Virus record (IMG/VR): IMGVR_UViG_2806310702_000001 | Reading direction: 5' to 3' (one strand) | DNA: 53,653 nt | DNA from: an uncultured virus (IMG/VR IMGVR_UViG_2806310702_000001) | Taxonomy: Duplodnaviria; Heunggongvirae; Uroviricota; Caudoviricetes | Shown here: in pieces, positions 39,506 to 49,596 of the stretch | Layout of the letters: every line of letters begins with the position of its first letter | How positions within the stretch are numbered: position 1 is the first letter of the stretch | Notes under the pieces: generated by a model | Database searches by the model: none | What the model was told of the DNA's origin: nothing | The model's input: the letters and a program-made list of their open reading frames with translations, nothing else | Made by a program: the position numbers and the translations under genes

Positions 39506-39829
39506 TTACAGCCGTTTTAAAATTCTTTGATTTTGCAATTTCAATTCATTTTTTAAAATAATCATATCAGCCCATTCATTTACCACTTCTAAGCCTAATA
39601 TTCCCATTATGTATAATACTTGCATTAATTCAGCTATTTCATTATCACTGCCAAACTGTATGTCATATGTATATCTTCCATATTCTTTGCTATAAGACAC
39701 TTTAAACTCTTTTTCCTTATATACACCGTCTACGACTTTAAACCTCTCATACGAACTCATATGATTGATTTTCATATATTGAGTATTTTTTAATACTTCC
39801 ATCTTTAAACTTTCATATGTATTATTCAT
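39506..39829 (-). CDS. Hypothetical protein
   Basis: Coupled to the upstream ORF. Confidence 0.6.
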   Translation of the reverse strand: MNNTYESLKMEVLKNTQYMKINHMSSYERFKVVDGVYKEKEFKVSYSKEYGRYTYDIQFGSDNEIAELMQVLYIMGILGLEVVNEWADMIILKNELKLQNQRILKRL

Positions 39830-40170
39830 TATTTATTGTCATCTCCTTCAGCAGTTTTCTTTTCTTCTTGATAATATAGTATAAATGTTATTTTCTTATC
39901 TACATTTTCCCATAGAACACTATCTAAATCTTGTCCATTAACCCTGTATGTATATAAATTTGATTTATCATTTCCTTCTGTAGTCAATTTTTCTCTTAAT
40001 AGTATTCCTTGATCCTTGAACAATTCTTTATTGTTCTTATTTAAGATTTTTACTTTTACTTCATCACCTAGCATACCATCTAATATAGAACTAATTGGTA
40101 TATATTTGTCTCCTGTATATATTGCATATTCTCCATTCATGTTAAAATCTAATTTTCCTGTATATTTCAT
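39829..40170 (-). CDS. Hypothetical protein
   Basis: AAGGAG RBS. Confidence 0.65.
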   Translation of the reverse strand: MKYTGKLDFNMNGEYAIYTGDKYIPISSILDGMLGDEVKVKILNKNNKELFKDQGILLREKLTTEGNDKSNLYTYRVNGQDLDSVLWENVDKKITFILYYQEEKKTAEGDDNK

Positions 40171-40299
40171 AATAATCTCTCCTTATCATTTTATTTTTAT
40201 ATTTTAATTTAATTTTATAACTTACCTTACTAAAAACTTTATCTTTTGTATTTTAATATATTTATCTGATGTTTTAATAATTTAATATGTATATAAATC

Positions 40300-42099
40300 C
40301 TAACTTACGTATTCTTCTATAAATTTATTTCCTTGGTTAATTTGACTTAAATATAAGTTTTCTTTTGGTCTTGTAACTCCTACGTAGAATAATCTAGCCT
40401 CTTCTATTAAATTAGTTTTTTTATTGGGAAATTTTCCATCCTCTATTCCTACTATAAATACATTTTTAAATTCTAACCCTTTACTTTTATGTATACTCAT
40501 CATTTGCACCTTATCTTCTTTCTGTTTTGCTTTTTTATTATTGTCTTCATCACTATATATATATGTAATAAAATTACTTAAGTTATCTCCCTTAATAAAA
40601 CTTTTAAATGAATTTAGTGAATTTAGTCTATCTATAATTTCTTCTTGATTTGTATAATTATTTTTAATATAGTCTTCTAATTTAAGTAATGTAATGATAT
40701 TATCAACTAACATTTTTAAATTTTGTTCTTTTTTATATTGTAAGTTCAATCTGTTTATTATATTCTCAAATTCTTTTAAATTATTTAACTCCCATTTTTT
40801 TGAACTGTTAACCAGAGTAAAACTTTGAAATAGTGATAATCCATTCATAGCTGAAAGTTTTCTAATATTTTCTTTTGTGGAGTTACGTATATATGTAAAT
40901 GGATATGGTCTATATCTTAATAACATGTCAACGGCTCCATCATCATGTGGATTTTCAACTAATCTTAAGCATGACAGTATACACTCTATTTCTTTTCGTT
41001 TAAAAAAACTACCGTTATTATCAATGTAATATGGTATATCTCTACGTTTTAATTCATGTTCTATATGTATTGAATGTGAGTTTAATCTGTATAATATAGC
41101 AATATCCTCTAAATTTTCCCCTTCCTTTATTTTCTTTTCTATTTCATTTACAATTTTAACAGCCTCATCTTCTTGTTTTTCGTTATTATATATTTGTATA
41201 TTTCCATTTTGTAATAAACTTGCATTTGAATCTGAATAATATTCATAACCACCATAATATCTCTTTATAAATTTGTTGGCATTATTCACAATATTAGCAC
41301 ATGATCTATAGTTAGTATCTAAATTAATTATTTGTGCATTAGGATACTCATGTTTAAAATTCATACAATATTCAGGATTTCCCCCACGAAACGTATATAT
41401 TGCCTGTCTATAATCAAATACACAAAATATATTTTTACTAGGACATAGTAATTTTATTAATTCATTTTGAATTAAATTGGAATCTTGATGTTCGTCTACT
41501 AGTATATAATCAAAATTGTATTTATTTTTATTTTGGTTTAATACTTTTAAACAGATTAATAATAAATCATCAAAATCGACCCAATTCTTTTTTTGTTTAT
41601 ATATTTCATACTCCTTATAAAAAATCCTTAAATCAGATTCTAAGTATTCACTTTCTTTGTAAACGAAATTATCATTATAATTTCTCATATAATTCTTTTG
41701 ATAACTTATAAAGCTTATTATATCCTTATAATCCACTCTATTGCCACCATTTAACTTTTTAAATAAATTTTCAATTTCAAAGTCTCTAATTCTGTTGTTT
41801 TTAGATAAATTATAACCTTCCTCTATAAGTATCTTTGAACAAATAGAATGAAAAGTTCCTACATGGATATTATCTAAATCTAACCTATGTAATTTTTGTT
41901 TTAAATCTTTTGAAGTATTCTTAGTAAAAGTTATGGCTAAAATCTTATCTTGATTAATATTGTTATCGACCATATTTTTAATTCTATTAACTAACACAGT
42001 TGATTTTCCACTACCAGCTCCAGCTATAACTGCAACAGCACCTTCTAAAGTATTTATTGCTTCTAATTGTTGTTTATTAAATTTCACTTGCATCACCAT
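40300..42099 (-). CDS. UvrD/PcrA-type SF1 helicase
   Basis: AGAGSGKS, AITFT, LVDEHQD, NYRS, SIHKSKGLEF, EEARLFYVGVTR. Confidence 0.93.
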   Translation of the reverse strand: MVMQVKFNKQQLEAINTLEGAVAVIAGAGSGKSTVLVNRIKNMVDNNINQDKILAITFTKNTSKDLKQKLHRLDLDNIHVGTFHSICSKILIEEGYNLSKNNRIRDFEIENLFKKLNGGNRVDYKDIISFISYQKNYMRNYNDNFVYKESEYLESDLRIFYKEYEIYKQKKNWVDFDDLLLICLKVLNQNKNKYNFDYILVDEHQDSNLIQNELIKLLCPSKNIFCVFDYRQAIYTFRGGNPEYCMNFKHEYPNAQIINLDTNYRSCANIVNNANKFIKRYYGGYEYYSDSNASLLQNGNIQIYNNEKQEDEAVKIVNEIEKKIKEGENLEDIAILYRLNSHSIHIEHELKRRDIPYYIDNNGSFFKRKEIECILSCLRLVENPHDDGAVDMLLRYRPYPFTYIRNSTKENIRKLSAMNGLSLFQSFTLVNSSKKWELNNLKEFENIINRLNLQYKKEQNLKMLVDNIITLLKLEDYIKNNYTNQEEIIDRLNSLNSFKSFIKGDNLSNFITYIYSDEDNNKKAKQKEDKVQMMSIHKSKGLEFKNVFIVGIEDGKFPNKKTNLIEEARLFYVGVTRPKENLYLSQINQGNKFIEEYVS

Positions 42100-42697
42100 T
42101 TACCTCCTCTAAAAGTTCATTTAATAATATTGATTGTCTTTTCTCTCTATCTGTTAATTTTGCATTTTGGGTTTCTAATTTATCATATTTTTTACGTAAA
42201 TCATCAGTTCTTTTTCTCATTATTCTATGTATACTTTCTTTATTTAAACTTTTATATGCTAACCTTTTAGCTATATCAATGTCTTTAACCTCGATCCACA
42301 AAAAAGAACCTACATTCAATGATTTACATATATCAGCCTTACATATTCTTGTTAAATCTCCATGGAACAATTTATCTCTCATACTATCTTTGTTTAATTC
42401 ATCATAGATAATTTTATGTAAATGATTTTCCAATTCCCTTCTTTCTTTTCCATGAGTTAATAGCGTTTTTGTTACTTGACTTGTTTCACTTTGAATTAAA
42501 CTAACTTTTTCCTTTAATTCTTTATTTTCTTCCTTTAATATTTTTATAGCATTATTGATTTTTTTATAACTATCTTTTAATTCGTTTATTTTATTTTCAG
42601 CTTTTTTCAACCTTGTTTCTTTAGCTTTTTCTTGTATTTCCATTAATTGTTCACTTGTCATACTTTCAAAATCCACATTTATTACTTTATTCTCCAT
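42077..42697 (-). CDS. Coiled-coil hypothetical protein
   Basis: Likely start MENKVI after GGAGG; coupled to neighbouring genes. Confidence 0.6.
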   Translation of the reverse strand: MENKVINVDFESMTSEQLMEIQEKAKETRLKKAENKINELKDSYKKINNAIKILKEENKELKEKVSLIQSETSQVTKTLLTHGKERRELENHLHKIIYDELNKDSMRDKLFHGDLTRICKADICKSLNVGSFLWIEVKDIDIAKRLAYKSLNKESIHRIMRKRTDDLRKKYDKLETQNAKLTDREKRQSILLNELLEEVNGDASEI

Positions 42698-42698
42698 A

Positions 42699-43907
42699 TT
42701 ATAAAACCTCCACATAATTTATTTCATTTGGCAAATATTGCTTCATTTCATCACACCAACCTTGTACAACTGTTACAATTTCACTAAGATTATTAATTAC
42801 TACATCATCATTTCTTGCTTCTAATAATGCTCTTGAGTATTTAATAGGTGCTAATTTTTGTTTAATAAAATGGTCTATATCAACTACTAGACCTGATATA
42901 CTTGTTATTGATTCTATTTGTCTTCCTAAATCGTCTTTTTTATTGGTTAAAAATTCAATATCACTTTTCATTTTTTCATATTCTAAAGAATCTTTTTGAT
43001 ACAACTCCGCTTTTTCAGTCATTAAATTCAATCTATATTCTATTTTTTCTTTTTCTGATTTAGTAGATTGTAATTCTTTTTTTAATTGTTCTATTTGAGC
43101 ATAATCAGTATTATCTACTTCTACTGTTTTGGTAATAACTTTAGGTTCTTTACTTCTTTCTTTTTCAAGTTGTTCTTGTAATTGTTTATTTTTATCCTCT
43201 AATTGTTTTTTCTCGCTTATAATTTGCTCTGTTTTCTTTTGTGTGAGCTGTTTAATTTTTTCTTGACCAATATCATTAAAAAACTTTTCTTGTTCATCCT
43301 GTGGCAATTTAGCCCATATTTTATAAGCCGTAGTAGATTTTAATGCACCAGATTCAACTAATGATTGTAATTCAGGGATAAGTTCATTGAGTTTTTTGTA
43401 ATTTAACAATGTATCTTGACTGATTCCTATTTGCTTTGCTAAATCTGATTGTGATTTTGCTTCATCCGAATAATTCGGATTAAGCTCATTAAGATTCTTG
43501 TATTGATTGCTACCATTACCTCCTTTTTTAACTCCATATATTCGTTCTAACTCCCTAATACATCTCGCCATCTTCATAGGATTTACATTGCCTACACCTC
43601 TTTGCATTATGTTTGTACATATCAAATCTTCTAATATCATATCTTCTTTTGAAATATGTAATTTCTCATCCTCATTAGGATAATGAGTTATTCTACATGG
43701 TATTTCTAATATACCAATCTCTTTACAAGCTTTAACTCTTTGATGTCCACTTACTATTAACAAGTCTTGAGTTACTACTATTGCTTCAACTACTCCTCTT
43801 CTTACTATAGACTTTATAAAGTCATCCCATCTTTCTTTAGGAATATCATCAAAGAATTCTTGGTTTCTTGGATGTGATTTTAATTTAGATATTTCTATCA
43901 TTTGCAT
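42699..43907 (-). CDS. ParB N-terminal-domain protein with HTH and coiled coil
   Basis: LKSHPRN...IVSGHQRVKAC; SQSDLAKQIGIS. Confidence 0.85.
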   Translation of the reverse strand: MQMIEISKLKSHPRNQEFFDDIPKERWDDFIKSIVRRGVVEAIVVTQDLLIVSGHQRVKACKEIGILEIPCRITHYPNEDEKLHISKEDMILEDLICTNIMQRGVGNVNPMKMARCIRELERIYGVKKGGNGSNQYKNLNELNPNYSDEAKSQSDLAKQIGISQDTLLNYKKLNELIPELQSLVESGALKSTTAYKIWAKLPQDEQEKFFNDIGQEKIKQLTQKKTEQIISEKKQLEDKNKQLQEQLEKERSKEPKVITKTVEVDNTDYAQIEQLKKELQSTKSEKEKIEYRLNLMTEKAELYQKDSLEYEKMKSDIEFLTNKKDDLGRQIESITSISGLVVDIDHFIKQKLAPIKYSRALLEARNDDVVINNLSEIVTVVQGWCDEMKQYLPNEINYVEVL

Positions 43908-44159
43908 AAGTTATCCACCTCTTCTTTTATAATTTAATTTAATTTAATTTTTTAAATCTGTTATCATTATCTATTTTTACTTATTGCTAAGTCATTTTAA
44001 CACATCCTTTCTATTCTCGGTTTCTAAATAACAAACTTTACATGCATTTTAAATTTTTCTAATTTAATTTTGTACTAAAATTTATTTGCTTTATCTCCTT
44101 TCCACATTTATAAGTATACTACCATACTTTTCTAATGTCAATAACTTTTTTAAAATAAT

Positions 44160-44924
44160 TTAATTTAATTTTGTTAGGTTTCGTTTTTGGGTATTACTCC
44201 TTTTGATATTGCTATTGAATTTATTTGTATATATCAGACCTTTAGCACCTATTTCTATCTGCAATTGTTTATTAAAGTTGACATTATCACCATATTTGCC
44301 AAAGTAAGTTGAACAATAGTGCCTATCAGGTGTCATATAATCATTGTTATATATAATTAGACTTAATTCATTTGCAAGTATCTTATTATATTTAGATATT
44401 GTTTTGCTATGATTAATTATATTTTTAATTGAACTGTGAGTTAGCCATCCAAACTGAGCATCATTGTTTATTACTCTTTGGATTGCTATGTAATATCTTA
44501 CAAAAGCAAATCTATCTATATTTGTATTATGTAAATATTTAAATATCTTATCAAGATCATAGTCATATATGCAAAAGTAATTATCAAAATCATTTTCTAT
44601 TTCAACATAAAACACATCTTGATTCTTAATGGTATCAAATTCTATGGGACTATAATGTAAATTCATTATTTGCTTTATATATCCTTTAGATATAAGATTG
44701 TTGATTGAATTCTTGATTATTTTAATCATATTACTATTTCTGTTTAGTACATACATATAATTCATAATCATATTAATACTGATAATAGATATTTCTTTAA
44801 TTGGACTATAGTTCCTTTTTATTAAAGATAGTATAACTAATTCTTCATTTGTAATATTGTTGGAATTATATAATTCATTTTTTAAAGTTATATAGTATTC
44901 TCTATTTATCATTTTACTACCCAC
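44160..44924 (-). CDS. Putative DNA-binding or replication initiator protein
   Basis: Winged-helix-like segment (IKNSINNLISKGYI); adjacent to an iteron-like cluster. Confidence 0.4.
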   Translation of the reverse strand: MGSKMINREYYITLKNELYNSNNITNEELVILSLIKRNYSPIKEISIISINMIMNYMYVLNRNSNMIKIIKNSINNLISKGYIKQIMNLHYSPIEFDTIKNQDVFYVEIENDFDNYFCIYDYDLDKIFKYLHNTNIDRFAFVRYYIAIQRVINNDAQFGWLTHSSIKNIINHSKTISKYNKILANELSLIIYNNDYMTPDRHYCSTYFGKYGDNVNFNKQLQIEIGAKGLIYTNKFNSNIKRSNTQKRNLTKLN

Positions 44925-44979
44925 CTATCCGAAAAATTTAAGCTGATGTTAGCACGAACTTGTTCGGCTAACTCTAATT

Positions 44980-45129
44980 GTTTTTATATATATTTTCTTT
45001 TTATATATATTTTCTTTTTATACACTTCATTCTCTTTGCATTTTTGCTTGGACTGTACTCATGTGCTATTGCAAAAACGCTTGGACTGTACCAAATATTA
45101 AGTACAGCGTAAGCAAAAATGCAATAGCA
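44980..45129. repeat. Iteron-like direct and inverted repeat cluster
   Basis: GCTTGGACTGTAC at 45046 and 45079; degenerate inverted copy at 45102; 14-bp IR 45036/45111; AT-rich tandem repeat 44980-45022. Confidence 0.75.
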
Positions 45130-45372
45130 TATTTCATTCATTTTAATACCTGTATTTTTAGAATTTGTGCATATGTTCACAACCCCCCCCCTCCTATATG
45201 TAAATTTATATATTTTAATATTAGTGAATAAATATACATTTTTAATTATTGACTTAACTAATTTTTACCGTACATTAACTATAACACGATATATTAATTT
45301 TTTCAATAATTTTAATATATTTTAATTTAATTTTGATTATTTGGTAATAGGGATAACAATTTTTAATCCCTA

Positions 45373-46092
45373 TTACCTCTTAAATAATTTACCAAAGAAT
45401 CCCTTTTTATTATTTTGTTCTTCATTCTGTTGTTTGCGTTCTTCCATATGTTTTTTTAAGTCATTAACTAATTCAACATCTTTATCATAAATTTGATGAA
45501 TTTGCTTGTTGGTATTTTCTGTAGTAGCATCTATATGTGCCTTTAGATTGCTTATATTTGCCTCTAGCTTGTCTTCAATTGTTGCTGATATATAATCCTT
45601 CAATTCAACTTTAGTTTGCTCTAAGCCTTCGTTATGAGCGTTTAAAGCTGTTGATAATTGTTGTGAGATAGTATTATTAATTTGAGTTGATATATCATTC
45701 AAAAATTGCTTTTTGATTTCTTCTAACTTTAATAATGCTTGTTCGTTTAAAACATTTTCCTGAGATGTAGTTTCTGTTGTAGAGATAATTTTAGTATTTT
45801 GAGAAGGTTGTGTTTTTATATGTTCCCACCTTTTCTGTGCTTGTTTTATTGTAAAACGTTCTTTTTTTAGTAGTTCCTTAGTGAAAGCTAGGTCATCTAT
45901 ATTACTCTTAGTAAATTTCCTATTACGCCCTTCACGTTCTATATGAATATAATCACTAAAACAATCACACCAATACCTAATTGTACTTTCATTTTCATTT
46001 AAAATTTCAGCAACTTCTGAAGTTGTGTAAGTAAGTTCTTTATCAAGATCAGAATAATTAACGTCTACATATCTTGTACTTTCTTCATTCAT
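45373..46092 (-). CDS. tubY: TubY, MerR-type HTH plus coiled coil with amphipathic tail
   Basis: YTTSEVAEIL..ESTIRYW; C-terminal KKGFFGKLFKR; downstream of tubZ. Confidence 0.9.
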   Translation of the reverse strand: MNEESTRYVDVNYSDLDKELTYTTSEVAEILNENESTIRYWCDCFSDYIHIEREGRNRKFTKSNIDDLAFTKELLKKERFTIKQAQKRWEHIKTQPSQNTKIISTTETTSQENVLNEQALLKLEEIKKQFLNDISTQINNTISQQLSTALNAHNEGLEQTKVELKDYISATIEDKLEANISNLKAHIDATTENTNKQIHQIYDKDVELVNDLKKHMEERKQQNEEQNNKKGFFGKLFKR

Positions 46093-46306
46093 ATCTCATC
46101 ACCTCGTTTAAATTATACCTTATATTGTAAATTAAAACAACTTTAATAGTATGTCATTCTCAACTGCGTTAAATATATCAAAATTATTGAAGGCTAGTAT
46201 TTTCAATGCATATACCTACTTTAATAACGTCCTAATTGAGATTAAAGTATCATTAAAGTAAAAATAAAAGAGGAGTAATCCTCTCTTATTTTTTCATTAT
46301 ATATAT

Positions 46307-47383
46307 TTACATATATTTGCTAAAGAAATCATTTATATCTATCTCTTTTTCAACATTGTCTATAGAGATTTCTTTTTCATTCGAACTAATAACACTTTTA
46401 TTATCTTCATCATCTAATGCTATAGGTTCAATAATCATATTTTCACTTTTAGATGTTACTTCTCTTCTTTGTTTCATTTTATCTTCTATTATCTCATTCA
46501 TCATTTGTACAGTTGTTTTTTGAGGTTCGATACCTGTTGCTACAACTATATTCTTTTTACTATTATATCCTTTAAATGTTCTTCTTGGGTATCCAACTAT
46601 GCTTTTAATTGCTTCAACATCAACCACCCTTGTAGTAGATATTCCCATGAATTCACATGTATTTGTTGTGTATTCTGCGAAAATGCTTTCTTTTAAACTT
46701 TTAGCTAATGCTACTTGTATATCTTCTTTATCATCAAATTCTAATATTACATTACTTTTTTTCATTGTTAATAATTTACTTATTTCATCTTCATCAACAA
46801 CGCCTTCAGCATGAGATTCACTCATATTCATAAAATCATTAAACAATGTAGCAAATTCTTTATTTATATCAGATTCTTTTTCTCTCTTATTATTATCTAA
46901 TAGATATATTGATATATCTTTACCCTCATTCGTACTTCTCATTATATCATTCCAACAAGCTATTGCATTCATGTGTTCGTCTATATCCTCTGTTGCTTTA
47001 GGTAAAACTCCTACAAATCCAAAATGCTTATTTGGGTACATTTGTTTTGCTAGTCCTAAAATAGGAGGTGTTATACCTGATCCTGTTCCTCCTGCCATTG
47101 TTGCTACAAATATAACTATATCACATGATGAGAATTTCTCCATTATTTGAGCAATTATTTGTTTATAGTAAGTTTGAGCATATCCTACGGCTTTTTTTCT
47201 TTCTTTACCACAACCCTCTGCGTAAGGTATGTGGTAAGTATGTTTCGCATGTTTTAATGAGTCTAAATCTTTTTTACTAGTGTTTATAAATAATGCGTTA
47301 TAATCTCCACATATACCTAATAAAGTATCTACTATATTTCCCCCACCTTGACCAATTGGTGCAAAAACTATTTTATTTTTCAT
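46307..47383 (-). CDS. tubZ: Tubulin/FtsZ-like partition GTPase
   Basis: GQGGGN, GCGK, tubulin signature GGTGSG. Confidence 0.95.
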   Translation of the reverse strand: MKNKIVFAPIGQGGGNIVDTLLGICGDYNALFINTSKKDLDSLKHAKHTYHIPYAEGCGKERKKAVGYAQTYYKQIIAQIMEKFSSCDIVIFVATMAGGTGSGITPPILGLAKQMYPNKHFGFVGVLPKATEDIDEHMNAIACWNDIMRSTNEGKDISIYLLDNNKREKESDINKEFATLFNDFMNMSESHAEGVVDEDEISKLLTMKKSNVILEFDDKEDIQVALAKSLKESIFAEYTTNTCEFMGISTTRVVDVEAIKSIVGYPRRTFKGYNSKKNIVVATGIEPQKTTVQMMNEIIEDKMKQRREVTSKSENMIIEPIALDDEDNKSVISSNEKEISIDNVEKEIDINDFFSKYM

Positions 47384-47401
47384 TTATAACTCCCCCTATT
47401 T

Positions 47402-47647
47402 TTACATTATTGATTTTAATTTTTCTATTCCATTTGGTGTAATATAAAAAGTCTTACTTATCCCTTGTTTACAGCCTTCTTTTACGTATTGTAATTCTAA
47501 GAATTTTTTAATACTTCGTCGTACTGTTGACATGGATAATTTAGAAATATTACATAGCTTAGTATAAGTAAATGATTTTAATTCTGTAGTGCATTGATTT
47601 TCTTTGAGCATTATTAATATTTTATATTCATTTTTATTTACTGCCAT
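47402..47647 (-). CDS. tubR: Centromere-binding winged-helix adaptor
   Basis: Small wHTH directly upstream of tubZ; GAGGTG RBS before ATG 47647. Confidence 0.9.
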   Translation of the reverse strand: MAVNKNEYKILIMLKENQCTTELKSFTYTKLCNISKLSMSTVRRSIKKFLELQYVKEGCKQGISKTFYITPNGIEKLKSIM

Positions 47648-47744
47648 TCTCCAATCACCTCTCATTCTAACTACAATCTTAGTTAAATCCTTTGTTGTTC
47701 TGATAGTAGTCGCAGTAATGTAAGAAAATATTCATAATACATTC

Positions 47745-48030
47745 TTATTTTGTTTATATCATAGTCAAAACTATGTCAAACTGTAGTCAATATATGTTCA
47801 TATCATGTTTATTTCTTTCTTTACTATATTATACTATATTCCTTAGAAAATGTGTACTTATTTTCATAAATTATTCAAATTATTTTCTAATTATATCTAT
47901 ACTGTAGTCTAAAAGTAATCTTATTTAAGTCTAATTATATTTAAAGTATATTCTAAATATGTTCAAACTATAGTTAAACTACATTCTTATATTAGTTATA
48001 TTGTATTCACTATACATTCAACTCTATGTT
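47745..48030. promoter_or_regulatory. Probable tubS centromere-like region
   Basis: Degenerate ~11-12-bp repeats (TAGTCAAA, TATGTCAAA, TAGTCAA, TATGTTCA, TAGTTAAA) upstream of tubR. Confidence 0.6.
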
Positions 48031-48336
48031 CTCGGTTTGCGCTACAATTAACTTAATAATATTATACCATTAATTAGAATATATTGTAATTAAAAACATT
48101 AGATTGAGTTATTCTCTAATTTATGCAAAAATAAAGAAGAATATTTCTATTCTTCTAAACAGTTTAATATATATCCTTTTTTTAGTATCTTCTATTTTAT
48201 TTAATGTTTTTATAATGTCTTTGATAAAACTAATCCGAATTCTATGTAAAAATATTGAAGAGGAGAAAGAGATTTTTAAGCTATGATTGGCTTAATTTAT
48301 ATAATCTCTTCTCTTAAGACAACTATGATTGGTTAT

Positions 48337-48900
48337 CTATCTTATTACATTAATTAAATACTTTTGTAGTCTTTGAAAATCATCTTCAACTAAATATACA
48401 TTCTTTAATTTAACATAAATCTCATATGCATCATTTTTAAAATAAAAATTTTTATAATCTTTCAGCTTGTCATGACTAGACAAACAATCGTTTAGTTTAC
48501 TTTTAAACCTTAGTATTTGCTGTCTATTTAGTTTTCTTGATTTCATAGCATCTCTGAAAATCCCTTTGGTATCCAAATAACATAGTCTAACATTCTCATC
48601 ATAATATTTTTGAACCTCCTCTTTTTCATGTTGTTTTTTTAGTTTCTGTTCTTCATAAGTTAATTTCTTAATTAATCTTAAAAATTTTTTAATTCCAAGA
48701 TTAACTACAAATGGTATCAAGAGAAAAAATATAACTTTGGTAAATAATAATATTAATATTAAGTTATTTTGTAATGGAATATCCCCCATAATCTCTTGAA
48801 ATAAGACAACTATAAAGTAAAATATACCTATTATACCTAGAGTGCCTAAAATCCATTTCATCATTAAATTTAGAGTACGTGTATTATTGTTATTTTTCAT
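48337..48900 (-). CDS. Membrane protein, two TM helices
   Basis: Hydrophobic N-terminal half; AAGGAG RBS. Confidence 0.65.
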   Translation of the reverse strand: MKNNNNTRTLNLMMKWILGTLGIIGIFYFIVVLFQEIMGDIPLQNNLILILLFTKVIFFLLIPFVVNLGIKKFLRLIKKLTYEEQKLKKQHEKEEVQKYYDENVRLCYLDTKGIFRDAMKSRKLNRQQILRFKSKLNDCLSSHDKLKDYKNFYFKNDAYEIYVKLKNVYLVEDDFQRLQKYLINVIR

Positions 48901-48950
48901 ATCTATATCTCCTTCTTATTATCTTTAGTGATATGTATTGTGTATTAGCA

Positions 48951-49592
48951 TCAAGCTAACACACTAGAAGCAAATTTATTCAAAGTATAATCTAAATATG
49001 TTATTTGAAAATCGTTTGTGTAATATGGTTTCTCTGGAATATATGGTTTAATTATTAACACTTGAGGAAAAATTTCTTGTTCATCAATTTGATATTTTTT
49101 ATATTTTTTTTGTAAGATATGAGAATTAAAAATATAATGCATTTTTCTAATATCCGTTTCATGGTCTTTATCCACTTCAACTAATAAAGAGTGCCAAGAT
49201 TTCAAATTTTGTCCTTCATTGATAGTAAATTCGATTAATCCATCGCCACGACGTTCCCCTTTATCTGTATTAAAACAAGGTTCTTTAGTAAATTCTATTA
49301 TTTCGCCACCTAATCTTATTATTTCTGCATATACATTCATAAGATAAAGTTGATGAGTTGATATTTTCTTACCTTTTGTATATACTAATTTCCCCGTATT
49401 TATGTCTTTGTATCTTTTTATATATTTATGATCGTACAATTTTTTTAATCTTAATCTAGCTTGATATAGGGCGTTATCTAGGGATGATTTTTGATAAAAT
49501 ATTTTAGCACATTGAGATATGGTTACACCTTTAAATTCTTCTATATATTTTATTATTTTTTTATCTCTAGGCATCAGTACCATAGCACACAT
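48951..49592 (-). CDS. Replication-relaxation-like protein (wHTH plus PD-(D/E)xK)
   Basis: RDKKII...RLKKL...H...RGDGLI...LLVEVD. Confidence 0.65.
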   Translation of the reverse strand: MCAMVLMPRDKKIIKYIEEFKGVTISQCAKIFYQKSSLDNALYQARLRLKKLYDHKYIKRYKDINTGKLVYTKGKKISTHQLYLMNVYAEIIRLGGEIIEFTKEPCFNTDKGERRGDGLIEFTINEGQNLKSWHSLLVEVDKDHETDIRKMHYIFNSHILQKKYKKYQIDEQEIFPQVLIIKPYIPEKPYYTNDFQITYLDYTLNKFASSVLA

Positions 49593-49596
49593 AACA

